Notes: generated by a model from the sequence alone, not told the origin. Shown: positions 9,642-20,232, counted from the first letter of the stretch. The stretch: 64,000 nt of DNA from an uncultured Candidatus Saccharibacteria bacterium (GCA_964447515.1 CAYUSS010000001.1:4092-68091), one strand, 5' to 3'. Program-made: numbers and translations.

Positions 9642-11171
9642 TTAGTAATTCAGAAATTTTAATTTTTGTTTTTTGTTCAGCTGCCAGGCAATAAAGCCCA
9701 AAGTTAAATATGAAATTATCAACCAGAACCAATGGACATTTTCAATGGTTTTGGCTGCCCAGGAATGAGAAAAGAAATCTACCACTTTTATTAAATAGGT
9801 TAGTAAAAACCAAACCGGCCAGGATAAAATCCAACCCAGGAACTGCCAAAATATCCCGACCAGACCAAAAATAAAGCCCAAAAGCATAATCCAATATAGA
9901 ATGGGTAGAATTAAAATATTAGTTAAGGGGGCTACTAAGGAAATCCTTCCGAAGTTGTAAATTAAAATTGGCAGAGTAAAAATTTGAGCGGCTAAGGTCA
10001 TTGCCAAAATATTTTTTAAGGCGGCAAGTTTTTTTGGAATAAATTTTAACCAATTATTAAAAGTAGGGGTTAAATAAATAATCCCGAGCACTGCTAAAAA
10101 GGAAAGTTGAAAGCCAACATCATCTAATAAAAGCAAGGGATTTATCGCCAGCATTAGAGCCGCTGCCATTACTATTGTTCTGGGACTAATGGACTTTCTT
10201 CCGAGCTTCTGGCCTAAAAGAAACAATCCACCCATTATTCCGGCTCGAATTCCAGAGGGCTGAAACCCGGTCATAATAATAAAAAGAGAAATAAGAATTA
10301 TTGAAAAATAAAATGCCTGACCTCTCCAAAGGCCCAAACCGAGCAATAAAGACATTAAAATAGTAGTCAAAATAGCAACATGCATTCCGGAAACAGCAGT
10401 AATGTGCCTGACGCCGGCAATATTTAATTTTTCTTTTAAATCTTCCGGTATTCTGCTTTTATCCCCTAAGAGCATAGCTCCTAAAATTGAACTCTGGGGA
10501 GGAGAAAGATTTTGAAAAATACTTTCTCTCAATTTATTTTTAAAACCCAAAATTTTAGCGTAAACGACAGAGGCCCGTCCTCTGTCAGTGACAGAGGACG
10601 GGCCTCTGTAAACTTCGATTTCAGGATAATATATTAGAGAATAAATCCCTTCTTTTCTTAAATAATTCTTATAATTAAAATCTTCAAAAACAGGAGGGGT
10701 TTTTAACTCCCCTGTAATTTTTAATTTATCTCCGTATTGATATTCAGGATAACGATTAGCAGTTGCTAAAACTTTCCCGTCAACAGGGCTAGGCCCGACC
10801 TCGCCCTGGACTTGGCTAACTTTTATAGTTAATTTTATGCTATTTCCCCTGACATCGGGCTCTTTGACAACCGTTCCGAGCAAAGTAATATTTTGTTCTA
10901 AATCATTATATTTTCTTAATTCATCATTCTTAATTTTTAATTCAACTACTTGGTGCCGCCAAATTCCTAAAACCAAAAAAATTAAACAGAAGCCGAGCAC
11001 AATTAGCTTTTTGTATTTAGATAAAACAGAAATTAAAATTATTCCTGAAATTAACCCCGCGCCTATAAATAGGTGCGGGGCAATAAAATCCAGCTGAGCG
11101 ACTATTGAATTCAGAAAAATTCCAGAAATGAAGAAAAGACAGAAATAAAAAAATACCTTTGATTTCGTCAT
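9642..11171 (-). CDS. comEC: ComEC/Rec2 DNA uptake channel (no metallo-beta-lactamase domain)
   Basis: GVRHITAVSGMHV, RAGIMG, GFQLSF; N-terminal OB/DUF4131 domain. Confidence 0.92.
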   Translation of the reverse strand: MTKSKVFFYFCLFFISGIFLNSIVAQLDFIAPHLFIGAGLISGIILISVLSKYKKLIVLGFCLIFLVLGIWRHQVVELKIKNDELRKYNDLEQNITLLGTVVKEPDVRGNSIKLTIKVSQVQGEVGPSPVDGKVLATANRYPEYQYGDKLKITGELKTPPVFEDFNYKNYLRKEGIYSLIYYPEIEVYRGPSSVTDRGRASVVYAKILGFKNKLRESIFQNLSPPQSSILGAMLLGDKSRIPEDLKEKLNIAGVRHITAVSGMHVAILTTILMSLLLGLGLWRGQAFYFSIILISLFIIMTGFQPSGIRAGIMGGLFLLGQKLGRKSISPRTIVMAAALMLAINPLLLLDDVGFQLSFLAVLGIIYLTPTFNNWLKFIPKKLAALKNILAMTLAAQIFTLPILIYNFGRISLVAPLTNILILPILYWIMLLGFIFGLVGIFWQFLGWILSWPVWFLLTYLIKVVDFFSHSWAAKTIENVHWFWLIISYLTLGFIAWQLNKKQKLKFLNY

Positions 11172-11190
11172 CTATATTGTTAAAACCCTT

Positions 11191-11245
11191 AACACCCGAC
11201 GTTTCCCTTGGCGCCTTCGGCACCAATTCCTCAACGTCGGGTGTT
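11191..11245. repeat. Repeat R3 composite hairpin (AACACCCGACGTT...AACGTCGGGTGTT)
   Basis: Second copy at 56167-56221 with a varied inner hairpin (GGCGCCTTCGGCACC vs GGCGTCTCTGACGCC). Confidence 0.85.
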
Positions 11246-11251
11246 GTAATC

Positions 11252-12205
11252 TTAAAATCCTGTAGCAACTACCGTTACTTTTATTTCTCCTTTTTTTAGT
11301 TTTTCGTTTTGAATTGCTCCAAAAATTATTTTGGCTGAGGGAGAAACTTCCTGGGTAATAATTTTAGCCACTTCGTCCACCTCGGAAAGACTAACATCTT
11401 CATTCCCCGAAACATTAAATAAAATCCCTTTTGCTCCCTTATAAGAAATATCAAGTAAAGGAGAATCAAGGGCTTTCCTGGCTGCTTCCTTGGCTCGTTC
11501 CTGACCTTTTGCTCTTCCTATTCCAAACAAGGCAGAACCCGAATCTTTCATAATTGCTTTGACATCAGCAAAATCAATGTTAATTATACCAGGAAGAACA
11601 ATCAAATCAGAAATTCCCTGAACAGCCTGTCTTAAAATTTCATCACAAATCCAAAAGGCATTTAAAACTGTAGTTTTGGGCTCTAAAATTGAAAGCAACT
11701 TATCGTTGGAAATAGCAATTAAAGTATCAACCTTTTCTTTTAGTTTTCTTTGGCTGTTCTCAGCAATTTCCATTCGCTGAACTCCTTCAAAAGAAAAGGG
11801 TTTGGTAACCACGGCAATTGTCAAAGCGCCTAAATTCTTAGCAATCTCAGCCACAACCGGAGAAGCTCCGGAGCCACAGCCGCCACCCAAGCCGCAAGTA
11901 ATAAAAACCATATCTGTATCTTCCAAAGCTTGCTCAATTTCTTCTCTTTGTTCTTCTGCTGCTTTTCTTCCAACCTCAGGGTTCATACCTGTGCCCAATC
12001 CCTTGGTTAATTCTCTTCCAATCCGAATCCTTTGATGAGCTTTAGTTCTTTGAAGATCTTGGATATCAGCATTTAGAGCGATTAATTTCACCCCCTTAAT
12101 TTTACACCTCATCATCCGAGAAATAGCATTTGTTCCTGACCCTCCGACCCCGACTACTTTAATTTTTGTATTCACCCCGTTAGAAATCTTTGGTAAATTT
12201 TTCAT
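11252..12205 (-). CDS. ftsZ: Cell division protein FtsZ (ends at ATGF, no C-terminal tail)
   Basis: GVGGSG, GLGGGCGSG tubulin signature variant, INIDFADV. Confidence 0.95.
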   Translation of the reverse strand: MKNLPKISNGVNTKIKVVGVGGSGTNAISRMMRCKIKGVKLIALNADIQDLQRTKAHQRIRIGRELTKGLGTGMNPEVGRKAAEEQREEIEQALEDTDMVFITCGLGGGCGSGASPVVAEIAKNLGALTIAVVTKPFSFEGVQRMEIAENSQRKLKEKVDTLIAISNDKLLSILEPKTTVLNAFWICDEILRQAVQGISDLIVLPGIINIDFADVKAIMKDSGSALFGIGRAKGQERAKEAARKALDSPLLDISYKGAKGILFNVSGNEDVSLSEVDEVAKIITQEVSPSAKIIFGAIQNEKLKKGEIKVTVVATGF

Positions 12206-12257
12206 AGTTTTTATCCCCGTAGAAATTCGTTTGTTAAGGTTAGATTTCTAACGGGGT

Positions 12258-13505
12258 TCATGGTATAAAAATTTTTAATATTTTTTTAAATTTATCTTTG
12301 ATTCCCGTTACAAGCCCTGTGCCCTCTTCCTCTTCTTCTAAATCATTTGCTTTTAAAATTAAACCATAAAGTGTAGATAAAGCAGGGTCTTCTTGAAGGG
12401 TAGGGATTTCTTTGGGGATTCCAATTCGGCAAGGCAGATTCAACTCTTTTTTCGCTAAACCAATAATTCTAGGCATCCTTGCTCCTCCTCCAGTTAAGAC
12501 CACTCCTGCCGGAAGCAATCCTTGACGAGAAATTTTCTTTAACTCTTTATCGGTTAAATCAAAAATATCAGAAACCCTGGCTTCAATAATTTCAGTCAAT
12601 CTTTTCGGAGAAAAAATAAGCGGTTCTTCCTCAGCCTCTATATCAATATCTTTGCGAAGAGGCTCAATTTTTATTTTTCTTTCAGTTTTTTTAGGTTTTT
12701 GGGAAAACCGAGAACAGCTGCCAAATTCTAATTTTATTCTCTCGGCAGTATCAATATCTGTTTTAAAACAAGTAGCAATATCATCAGTAATATGACCCGA
12801 GCCTACTGGAAAAATAGCAGTATGAATTAAATTTCCTTCCTCAAATACAGCCAGCCCAGTAGTCCTTGCTCCAATATCTAAAACACAAACCCCTAATTCT
12901 TTCTCTCGAGGGGTCATTACTGCTCGGGAACTGGCTAAAGGGGTAGGAATCAAATCATTAATCTGAAAACCAGATTTTAAAATAGTTTGGCTAGAATTTC
13001 TTAAATAAGGAGAAAAACCGCAAAGAACTAATACAGCCGCCTCTAACCTCACTCCCTGCATACCGGTCACCTCTTTTACACCTCCTTCACCGTCAACAAT
13101 AAATTCTTTAGGGAAAACATCAATAATCTCTTTGTTGGAAGGTAAAGAAAAGGTCTGAGCAGCTTGTAAAACTCTATCAATATCTTCCTCTGAGATTTTT
13201 TGGTCGGCTCGAGAAACAGAAACTAATCCCTGGGAAGAGGTGCAAAATATATGACTTCCTCCAATGCCTGCATAAACATCATTTATGTTTTTGCCACAAC
13301 TTTGCTCAACCTGTTTTTTCAAAGAAGAAATAATTTCTCCTACTTTAAGAACATCAACTACTACCCCTCTTCTTATTCCGAAAGAAGGTTCTTGACCCTG
13401 CCCTAAAACTTCAAAGTCTGTTTTACCGGGTTTTTTTAAAACAGAAAGAATTTTTATTGAGCCCGAACCAATGTCCAGGGCAGTAATGATGTGAGACCTT
13501 GCCAT
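12258..13505 (-). CDS. ftsA: Cell division protein FtsA
   Basis: ALDIGS, VLDIGARTT, AERIK, VVLTGGGA; upstream of ftsZ. Confidence 0.93.
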   Translation of the reverse strand: MARSHIITALDIGSGSIKILSVLKKPGKTDFEVLGQGQEPSFGIRRGVVVDVLKVGEIISSLKKQVEQSCGKNINDVYAGIGGSHIFCTSSQGLVSVSRADQKISEEDIDRVLQAAQTFSLPSNKEIIDVFPKEFIVDGEGGVKEVTGMQGVRLEAAVLVLCGFSPYLRNSSQTILKSGFQINDLIPTPLASSRAVMTPREKELGVCVLDIGARTTGLAVFEEGNLIHTAIFPVGSGHITDDIATCFKTDIDTAERIKLEFGSCSRFSQKPKKTERKIKIEPLRKDIDIEAEEEPLIFSPKRLTEIIEARVSDIFDLTDKELKKISRQGLLPAGVVLTGGGARMPRIIGLAKKELNLPCRIGIPKEIPTLQEDPALSTLYGLILKANDLEEEEEGTGLVTGIKDKFKKILKIFIP

Positions 13506-13518
13506 AATTCGCTTGTGC

Positions 13519-13962
13519 TTAATTGTTGGAAATTTGGGAAAGATAGTATTCTTCCTTTTTTCTCATCTCCTCTGCTTTCTCTCCTTCTTTTTCATGGTCG
13601 TATCCTGAGAGGTGTAAAATCCCATGGGTTAAAACCCGAATTAACTCTTTTTTAAATGTTGAACCATATTTTTTAGCATTCTTCTTAACTTCTCTAAGAC
13701 AAATAACCGCTTCTCCTAATTCTTGTTTTATCTTCAATGGTTTTATGAATTTAGCTTTTGGCTTTTGGCTGAAAGCAAGGACATCTGTTGCCCGATTCTT
13801 GCCCCGATATTTTTTATTCAGTTTTCTCATTCTTCCCTGTCCAACCAAGGCAATAGATAATTCTGCTTCTTCTTTATTTTCACCTTTTAAAATTTTTTTG
13901 GCAACCCTCTTCAAAAATTCCTCATCAATCTCCACCGTAGTTAAATTATTAATTTCAATCAT
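13519..13962 (-). CDS. ybeY: rRNA maturation RNase YbeY
   Basis: ATDVLAF; HGILHLSGYDH. Confidence 0.95.
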   Translation of the reverse strand: MIEINNLTTVEIDEEFLKRVAKKILKGENKEEAELSIALVGQGRMRKLNKKYRGKNRATDVLAFSQKPKAKFIKPLKIKQELGEAVICLREVKKNAKKYGSTFKKELIRVLTHGILHLSGYDHEKEGEKAEEMRKKEEYYLSQISNN

Positions 13963-13982
13963 AATTATTTGCCCGTCGAGCT

Positions 13983-14837
13983 CTAAGAGAATAGCGCAAT
14001 CAAGGTCAAAATCGTTGCCGGAATTAATAAAAACCCAATAACTCCTATGAGAATAAAAGCAATTTTTGTCTTTGTTCTTGGAGATTCAAATAGCGCTTCT
14101 CCTTTTAATTTTTTCAGGTTTTCGTAAATTAAAAAGCCAAAAATCATAGAAAAAGGAACGGTAAATAATATAATAAACCTTCCAACAAAGGGGATAAACC
14201 CAACAATAAGACCAATTAGGAAAATAATAATATTCAAGACCAGAAATCTCCAAAAAACCTGCCACCAAAAGCCTTTTATTAATTGCTTGCTTCTGAAAAG
14301 AGCATTCATTCCTTTTAGGCCCTCTGAAACTAAAACAAAAGCTGCCAAACTGAACCAAATAGCTAAGATAATCCCCGGAACAATAAGAAGCAGATACCCT
14401 CCAATGGTAATAAACCCAGCCAAAATAGAAATCCATAAATAAGAAATTATTTTAGGCCATCCCTTGGCAAGCGATTCTTTGATTCCAATTTTTTGGTCTC
14501 TTTCTTTAATGGCATAAAGCAAAGATAGACCGGCCCAAAGATTAATAACAACCATTACAAGAAAAGCAATAACAGCCATTAAAATTCCAAAAACAGTTAA
14601 AGGAATAAATAAGAAATCTGGAATCCGATCTTGAACAAGCCCTAAGCTAAAAAAGAAGATTGCGAATGGTAAAATAAAAAGAAAAGGAACAAGTAGAATA
14701 ATAAGCATTAACAAAAGAAAAACCCAGATTCTGTTCTTAAAAATCTGGAAACTTTCTCTTAATAATTCACCAACTTCAGGTAAAGAAAGAGAAGGTGTCG
14801 GTGAAGGAGATGTCAATGGAAATCGTTGGTTGTTCAT
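13983..14837 (-). CDS. Multi-pass membrane protein (GDPD membrane-anchor-like)
   Basis: About 6 TM segments; LLIVPGII..W; ALFRSKQLIKG.WW motif. Confidence 0.6.
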   Translation of the reverse strand: MNNQRFPLTSPSPTPSLSLPEVGELLRESFQIFKNRIWVFLLLMLIILLVPFLFILPFAIFFFSLGLVQDRIPDFLFIPLTVFGILMAVIAFLVMVVINLWAGLSLLYAIKERDQKIGIKESLAKGWPKIISYLWISILAGFITIGGYLLLIVPGIILAIWFSLAAFVLVSEGLKGMNALFRSKQLIKGFWWQVFWRFLVLNIIIFLIGLIVGFIPFVGRFIILFTVPFSMIFGFLIYENLKKLKGEALFESPRTKTKIAFILIGVIGFLLIPATILTLIALFS

Positions 14838-14911
14838 AGAAGCTTTAGTTTCGTGTCTATTTAGTGATTTTTTCTAAAATTTTAATGGTTGATTGTTTTT
14901 CTACCCAGTTT

Positions 14912-15415
14912 TTATTCTTCTTGAAACAACAATTCTTTTACAATTTGGCTAACTAATTTGCCGTCGGCTTTGCCTTTCACTTGGGGTATTAATTCGGCCA
15001 TTACTTTGCCCATATCCTTTATTTCTTTAGCGCCAACTTTCTCAACAGCTTTTTTAGCTAATTTTTTAACTTCTTCTTCGGAAAACTGCTCTGGTAAGTA
15101 TTTTTCTAAAATCTCAATTTCTGCTTTTTCTTTTTTAACCAAATCTTTCCTTTTACCCTTCTCAAATTCTAAAATCGCTTCTTTTCTCTTTTTTATTTCA
15201 GAAGTAACAACTTCAATGATTTCTTCATCTGTTGAAACAGATTTTTCTGCCAGTTCTTTTTCTATCAAGTCCGGTTCGGCTTTGGCAATCTTATATCTCT
15301 TTTCTTTTTCTTTATTCAAAATAGTAGCTGAAAGCATCCGTAAGGTAGAACGGCTAATTTCGTCGCTTTTTTTAATAGATTCCCTAAGATCAGTTTGAAT
15401 TTCTTGCTTCAACAT
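14912..15415 (-). CDS. GatB/YqeY domain protein
   Basis: YLPEQ, KDMGKVM, KGKADGK. Confidence 0.9.
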   Translation of the reverse strand: MLKQEIQTDLRESIKKSDEISRSTLRMLSATILNKEKEKRYKIAKAEPDLIEKELAEKSVSTDEEIIEVVTSEIKKRKEAILEFEKGKRKDLVKKEKAEIEILEKYLPEQFSEEEVKKLAKKAVEKVGAKEIKDMGKVMAELIPQVKGKADGKLVSQIVKELLFQEE

Positions 15416-15496
15416 AAATCATTTTAACATTTAAGCATTTAAACATCATGAGATTTAATCTTGTTTATGTGTTTAGATGTTTAAATGTTTAGATGA

Positions 15497-15715
15497 TTAT
15501 TTCGGCTTTCCCATTTTTTCCATCTTCTCATACTCTTTTTTTAATTCTTCTTTTCTCAGAGCTGCTCTTTTTTTCATCTGGCGGCTTTTCGGTTTTCTCT
15601 TATAGCGAATTTTTCTCGCCTGAAGCAAAATCCCGCTTCGTTTCATTCTTTTTGAAAAGCGGCGAATTAAACTTTGTGATGTTTCTCTGTCTTGTTTTTT
15701 TATCTCTAAAGCCAT
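15497..15715 (-). CDS. rpsU: Ribosomal protein bS21-like
   Basis: Basic 72 aa with LIRRFSKR...SGIL; conserved position between HIT and yqeY. Confidence 0.75.
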   Translation of the reverse strand: MALEIKKQDRETSQSLIRRFSKRMKRSGILLQARKIRYKRKPKSRQMKKRAALRKEELKKEYEKMEKMGKPK

Positions 15716-15719
15716 TGTT

Positions 15720-16052
15720 TTAGGGTAATTTTATTGGTTTCCCGCTTAATAAATGTAAATGCAAATGGTCGATTATTTGACCACCCCCTTGGCCAACATT
15801 GATTACTAATTTATATCCTTTTAAATTTTTCTCTCTGGCTATTTTTTGAGCAACCAAAATTATTTCTCCCATTAAGGTTTTATCTTGAATTTCTATATGA
15901 TCTACTGAAGGAATATGCTTCTTAGGAACAATCAAAAGATGAATAGGAGCTTTGGGGTTAACATCTTTGATAACAATAATTTTATCGTTCTCATAAACAA
16001 TATCAGCTGGCATTTCTTTATTTACGATTTTGCAAAAAATACAATTTGACAT
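15720..16052 (-). CDS. HIT family nucleotide-binding protein
   Basis: CIFCKI; HLHLH. Confidence 0.95.
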   Translation of the reverse strand: MSNCIFCKIVNKEMPADIVYENDKIIVIKDVNPKAPIHLLIVPKKHIPSVDHIEIQDKTLMGEIILVAQKIAREKNLKGYKLVINVGQGGGQIIDHLHLHLLSGKPIKLP

Positions 16053-16055
16053 GTG

Positions 16056-17342
16056 TTACCCCTTTAGTTTGTTTTTCATCTTATCCACCACCTCATCTAA
16101 CTTTACTGTTTCTTGACTTCCTGTCTTCATATCTCGAATTATAATTTTTCCCTCCACTGTTTCTTGCTGTCCAAGAATTAAGGTATATCTTACCCCAATT
16201 CGGTCAGCCCTATTCAACTGAACTTTTAAAGAATCTTTTCCAAAAGATTCAGTAATTCTCAATTTTGCTTTTCTAAAATCTTCCAAGAGTTTTAAGCTTT
16301 TTCTTTTTGCTAAAATACCTAATTGAGCTAAAAATATCTGAGGTTGGACGGCTTTTGGAAATTTTATATCCTGGATTTTCATTAAACTTACAATTCTCTC
16401 TATTCCAGCTGCTCCACCGCAAGCCGAGGTATCTTTCCCTCTCAAAAGCTTAACCAATTTATCATATCTTCCCCCCCCTAATAAAGCGCCTTGAGCTTTT
16501 TGGCCGTCTTCAGATAATCCAGAAAAAATCTCAAAAACAGTTTTAGTATAATAATCCAGGCCCCTAACTAAATGAGGATTAAAATTATAAGGTATTTCAA
16601 TCTCATCTAAAAATTCCAAAACTTCTTTGAAATGCCTGTGACACTCCTCGCAAAGATGATCAAGTGTCTGAGGAGCTTCAGCTATTACGGCTTGGCATTT
16701 TTCTTTTTTACAATCTAAAACTCTCAAAACATTTTCTTTAATCCTTCTTCTGCAATCAGCACATAAAAAAGTCTCCTTTGACCTTAAATAATTCTTTAAA
16801 AGTTTTTTATAATAGGGCCGACATTGCTCATCGCCAATACTATTTATTTCTATAATTAAATTTTTCAATCTAAGTTCCTTTAAGATATTATAAAAAATTT
16901 GAATAATTTGAGCGTCTATTACCGAACTTTTTTCTCCTAAAACTTCAAAACCAAACTGCCAAAATTGGCGATATCTACCTGCCTGCGGATGCTCATAGCG
17001 GAAAAAAGGACCAAAATACCAAAGTTTCAAGGGTTGAGGACGGGTATACATACCATTTTCAATATAAGCTCTAACTATTGAAGCCGTTCCTTCTGGTCTT
17101 AGAGACAAAAAATCTCCTCCTTTGGTTCTAAAACTATACATTTGTTTCTTTACAACATCGGTAGCCAATCCGATTCCTCCTGAAAAAAGCTCTGTCTCTT
17201 CAAGAATCGGAGTATCAATTTTTCCAAATCCATAAAAATCGGCGATATTAGAAACTACATCATAAATTCTCTGAAAATATTTCTGTTCTTCCGGTAAAAT
17301 ATCGCGCATCCCGGTTGGAGCTTGAAATTTAGGTCTCTTCAT
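16056..17342 (-). CDS. hisS: Histidyl-tRNA synthetase
   Basis: LRPEGTA, FRYEHPQAGRYRQF, LVRGLDYY, GGGRYD. Confidence 0.97.
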   Translation of the reverse strand: MKRPKFQAPTGMRDILPEEQKYFQRIYDVVSNIADFYGFGKIDTPILEETELFSGGIGLATDVVKKQMYSFRTKGGDFLSLRPEGTASIVRAYIENGMYTRPQPLKLWYFGPFFRYEHPQAGRYRQFWQFGFEVLGEKSSVIDAQIIQIFYNILKELRLKNLIIEINSIGDEQCRPYYKKLLKNYLRSKETFLCADCRRRIKENVLRVLDCKKEKCQAVIAEAPQTLDHLCEECHRHFKEVLEFLDEIEIPYNFNPHLVRGLDYYTKTVFEIFSGLSEDGQKAQGALLGGGRYDKLVKLLRGKDTSACGGAAGIERIVSLMKIQDIKFPKAVQPQIFLAQLGILAKRKSLKLLEDFRKAKLRITESFGKDSLKVQLNRADRIGVRYTLILGQQETVEGKIIIRDMKTGSQETVKLDEVVDKMKNKLKG

Positions 17343-17353
17343 TTTTTATAGAA

Positions 17354-17436
17354 GCAGACATACGCAGATAGTTACGCAGATTTACGCTGATATCTTCTTC
17401 CGCGTTTTTCTGCGTAATTATCCACGTTCTTACGCT
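17354..17436. repeat. Degenerate ACGCAGAT tandem repeats followed by inverted copies
   Basis: ACGCAGAT/ACGCTGAT repeats followed by TCCGCGT/TCTGCGT/TCCACGT; a similar arrangement lies at 32670-32750. Confidence 0.6.
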
Positions 17437-17437
17437 T

Positions 17438-17983
17438 CTAATACTCTGGTGCTTCAAACTTCTCCATATCAGCAAATGGCCAGGCTCTGATAAAAACACG
17501 GCCGACAATTTTCTCTTCAGGTACAAGGCCAAACTTTCTTGAATCAAAAGAAAAGGCTCGATTATCTCCTAAAACAAAATATTCATCCTCGCCCAAAGTA
17601 ACTAAAATATCTCCCGATGTTTTTAAAGAGGAAGGAAGGTAATCTAATTCATTTAAAACTTGAGGTTGATTGTTTTCGTAGATTACTATTTTACCTTCTT
17701 TAATTTCCACTGTTTCTCCGGGAAGGCCAATAATTCTTTTAATAAACCGATAAGAAGATTCTTGGGGATATCTAAAAATTATTACTTCTCCTCTTTGGGG
17801 TTCTCGAAAGCGATAAGAAATCTCATCAACGATTAAATAGTCGCCATTTCCAAAATTGGGAGTCATTGATTGACCCTTGACAAAAAATGGCTGAAATAGA
17901 AAATATCTAATGGGAACTACTATTGCTAAAGCAATAACAGTTATTTTAAAAATCTCCCAAATGAAAACAAAAAACTTTTTCAT
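17438..17983 (-). CDS. lepB: Signal peptidase I
   Basis: GQSMTP, FIKRIIGLPGE, GDNRAFSFDSR. Confidence 0.95.
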   Translation of the reverse strand: MKKFFVFIWEIFKITVIALAIVVPIRYFLFQPFFVKGQSMTPNFGNGDYLIVDEISYRFREPQRGEVIIFRYPQESSYRFIKRIIGLPGETVEIKEGKIVIYENNQPQVLNELDYLPSSLKTSGDILVTLGEDEYFVLGDNRAFSFDSRKFGLVPEEKIVGRVFIRAWPFADMEKFEAPEY

Positions 17984-18054
17984 AAATTCTTTCTATATTA
18001 TTTTAACAGATTCATTTATTTTAGCAAGCCCTTATGATACAATAAGTAAAAATC

Positions 18055-18639
18055 ATGATAATCATCGTCGGTCTCGGTAACCCCCGGGAAAAATATAAAA
18101 ATACCCGGCACAACATCGGCTTTCGAGTGCTTGATGAATTTATAAGGAGAAACAATTTTCTTGATTTGAAATTTTCAAAAAAATTTAAGGCCGAAATCTC
18201 TGAAGAAAGAATTGACAAAAAAAAAGTTATTTTAGCCAAACCCCAAACTTTTATGAACAATTCTGGCAAAGCAGTAAAGGCCTTAATCAACTTTTACAAA
18301 ATTAGGAGAACTGCTCTCCTAGTGGTTCATGATGATATAGATTTACTTTTAGGGAAAATTAGAATTATCAAAAATCGAGGAGCAGCCGGACACAAAGGAG
18401 TAGAGTCAATAATCAATGAACTCAAGACAAAAAACTTTGTAAGATTTAGAATTGGAATTAGCCCCGCCTCCGCTAAAATTCCGCCGGGCAAAGCGAAAAA
18501 CGCTGAAGCTTTTGTTCTCCAAAAATTTAATAAGGAAGAGAAAAAAATTGTAAAAGAAATAATTGAAAAAACTGCTGAAGCAATTGAATTAGGTTTAAAA
18601 AAAGGAATAGAAAAAGCAATGAATGAATACAATCAATGA
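18055..18639 (+). CDS. pth: Peptidyl-tRNA hydrolase
   Basis: GLGNP, TRHNIGF, HDDID, GHKG. Confidence 0.96.
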   Translation: MIIIVGLGNPREKYKNTRHNIGFRVLDEFIRRNNFLDLKFSKKFKAEISEERIDKKKVILAKPQTFMNNSGKAVKALINFYKIRRTALLVVHDDIDLLLGKIRIIKNRGAAGHKGVESIINELKTKNFVRFRIGISPASAKIPPGKAKNAEAFVLQKFNKEEKKIVKEIIEKTAEAIELGLKKGIEKAMNEYNQ

Positions 18640-18839
18640 ACAACGAACAGTGAAATATTTTACATATAATAAAAAAAGCCGAAGCGGTTATTCTACCTCG
18701 GCTTGCCCCATCAGTGGAACCTTAATGCCAAAAACTGACATTTATAATTACAAGCGAGGGGGAAAAAGAAAAATTTATTTTTCTTTTTTGACCGAACGAA
18801 GTAATTTCAAGGTTCTGACAAAGTCAGGTTCTTATATTT

Positions 18840-19148
18840 TTACTTTGAGACCTCTTTCGTTTCCTCTTTCTTCTTCTCAAGGACATTAATCGTTTCATCA
18901 ACAAGTTTGTTCATTGTTTCTTTCCACTCTTCGTATCTCCTTTCTTTGTAAAAATCTTTGTAATAATGAAGAAACTTTTTTCTCGTCTTCTTAAGTGCCT
19001 CAATCAGTTCAGGAACTTCCTCAACCGGTACTACTATTTGTTGGCACAACCCAGCAAGCTCGCCGAGTCTCCAGAACTCTTCTTTAAGATACCTCCTAAC
19101 TATTTCATAATCTGATTCAGGCCTGACCTTTTTGTTCTTTGTACGCAT
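18840..19148 (-). CDS. Hypothetical helical protein (102 aa)
   Basis: ORF with SD AAAAGGATGAG and its own promoter-like sequence upstream. Confidence 0.65.
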   Translation of the reverse strand: MRTKNKKVRPESDYEIVRRYLKEEFWRLGELAGLCQQIVVPVEEVPELIEALKKTRKKFLHYYKDFYKERRYEEWKETMNKLVDETINVLEKKKEETKEVSK

Positions 19149-19310
19149 TTTCTCATCCTTTTTTAGGTACCCACACTGTTTATCTTCTTTTGATTATAAC
19201 AATGTGAGTTCCATTTTTGACAATGTGCTGTTAATATGCCTTGATTTTTAATAATACCAAAAATCAGAAAAAATTTCAAGGTTTCGCGCTTTGTGTTATT
19301 ATTTAACTAT

Positions 19311-20180
19311 ATGGAAAAAGACATACAAAAAATAACAATAGAAGACAAGAATTATCCGGAACTATTGAAAAAAATTAAAAAAGCACCGAAAACTCTTTAT
19401 TTCAAAGGAGAAATCAAATTTAATCAACCCTGCTTTGCTGTTGTGGGAACCAGAAGATATTCTTCTTACGGCAAGCAAGTTGCCTTGGAAATGGCTGGAG
19501 ATTTGGCAGAAGCTGGATTAATAATTGTTAGCGGCTTGGCTCCGGGAATTGATACTTTTGTTCATACAGCCGTAGTTGAGCGGGGGAAAAGAACAATTGC
19601 CGTACTTGGCACAGGTCTTGATGAAAAAAGCATTTATCCCAGAGAAAATATCAAATTAGCTAGAAAAATTGTTGAATTAGGAGGTTGTTTAATTTCAGAA
19701 TATCCTCCGGGAACTCCGGGCAGTCGTTTTACTTTTCCCGAGAGAAACCGAATAATTTCCGGCCTTTCTTTAGGCGCTCTAATAGTTGAGGCAAAAGAAA
19801 AAAGCGGGGCCTTAATTACGGCAAATTATACTCTCTCCCAAGAAAGAAAGCTCTTGGCTATACCGGGTTCAATTTATGCTTTAAACTCCCGCGGCCCTCA
19901 CATTTTAATAAAAAGAGGGGCAAAATTAGTTGAATCAGCCAATGATATTTTGAAAGAGTTGAACCTCCCTCAAGAATCAACGAGGCCCGTCCTCGTTGAA
20001 GGAGATACCGGAAAAGAAAATCTTATCCTGGATTCTCTAAAACAAGAATCTCTATATATTGACAAAATCATTGAAAAAACTAAACTTTCAGCTGCCACCG
20101 TAGCCAGCATTCTTACTGTTTTAGAAATGAAAGGAAAGGTAAAAAACTTAGGAAGAAACATTTATGCGCTTAGGCGCTAA
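19311..20180 (+). CDS. dprA: DNA processing protein DprA
   Basis: VVGTR, VSGLAPGID, FPERNRII, EAKEKSGA; ATG 19311 preferred. Confidence 0.95.
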   Translation: MEKDIQKITIEDKNYPELLKKIKKAPKTLYFKGEIKFNQPCFAVVGTRRYSSYGKQVALEMAGDLAEAGLIIVSGLAPGIDTFVHTAVVERGKRTIAVLGTGLDEKSIYPRENIKLARKIVELGGCLISEYPPGTPGSRFTFPERNRIISGLSLGALIVEAKEKSGALITANYTLSQERKLLAIPGSIYALNSRGPHILIKRGAKLVESANDILKELNLPQESTRPVLVEGDTGKENLILDSLKQESLYIDKIIEKTKLSAATVASILTVLEMKGKVKNLGRNIYALRR

Positions 20181-20232
20181 TTTTCAATTATCAATTTTCA
20201 ATCATCAAATTATCAACTAAAAATTAAAAATA

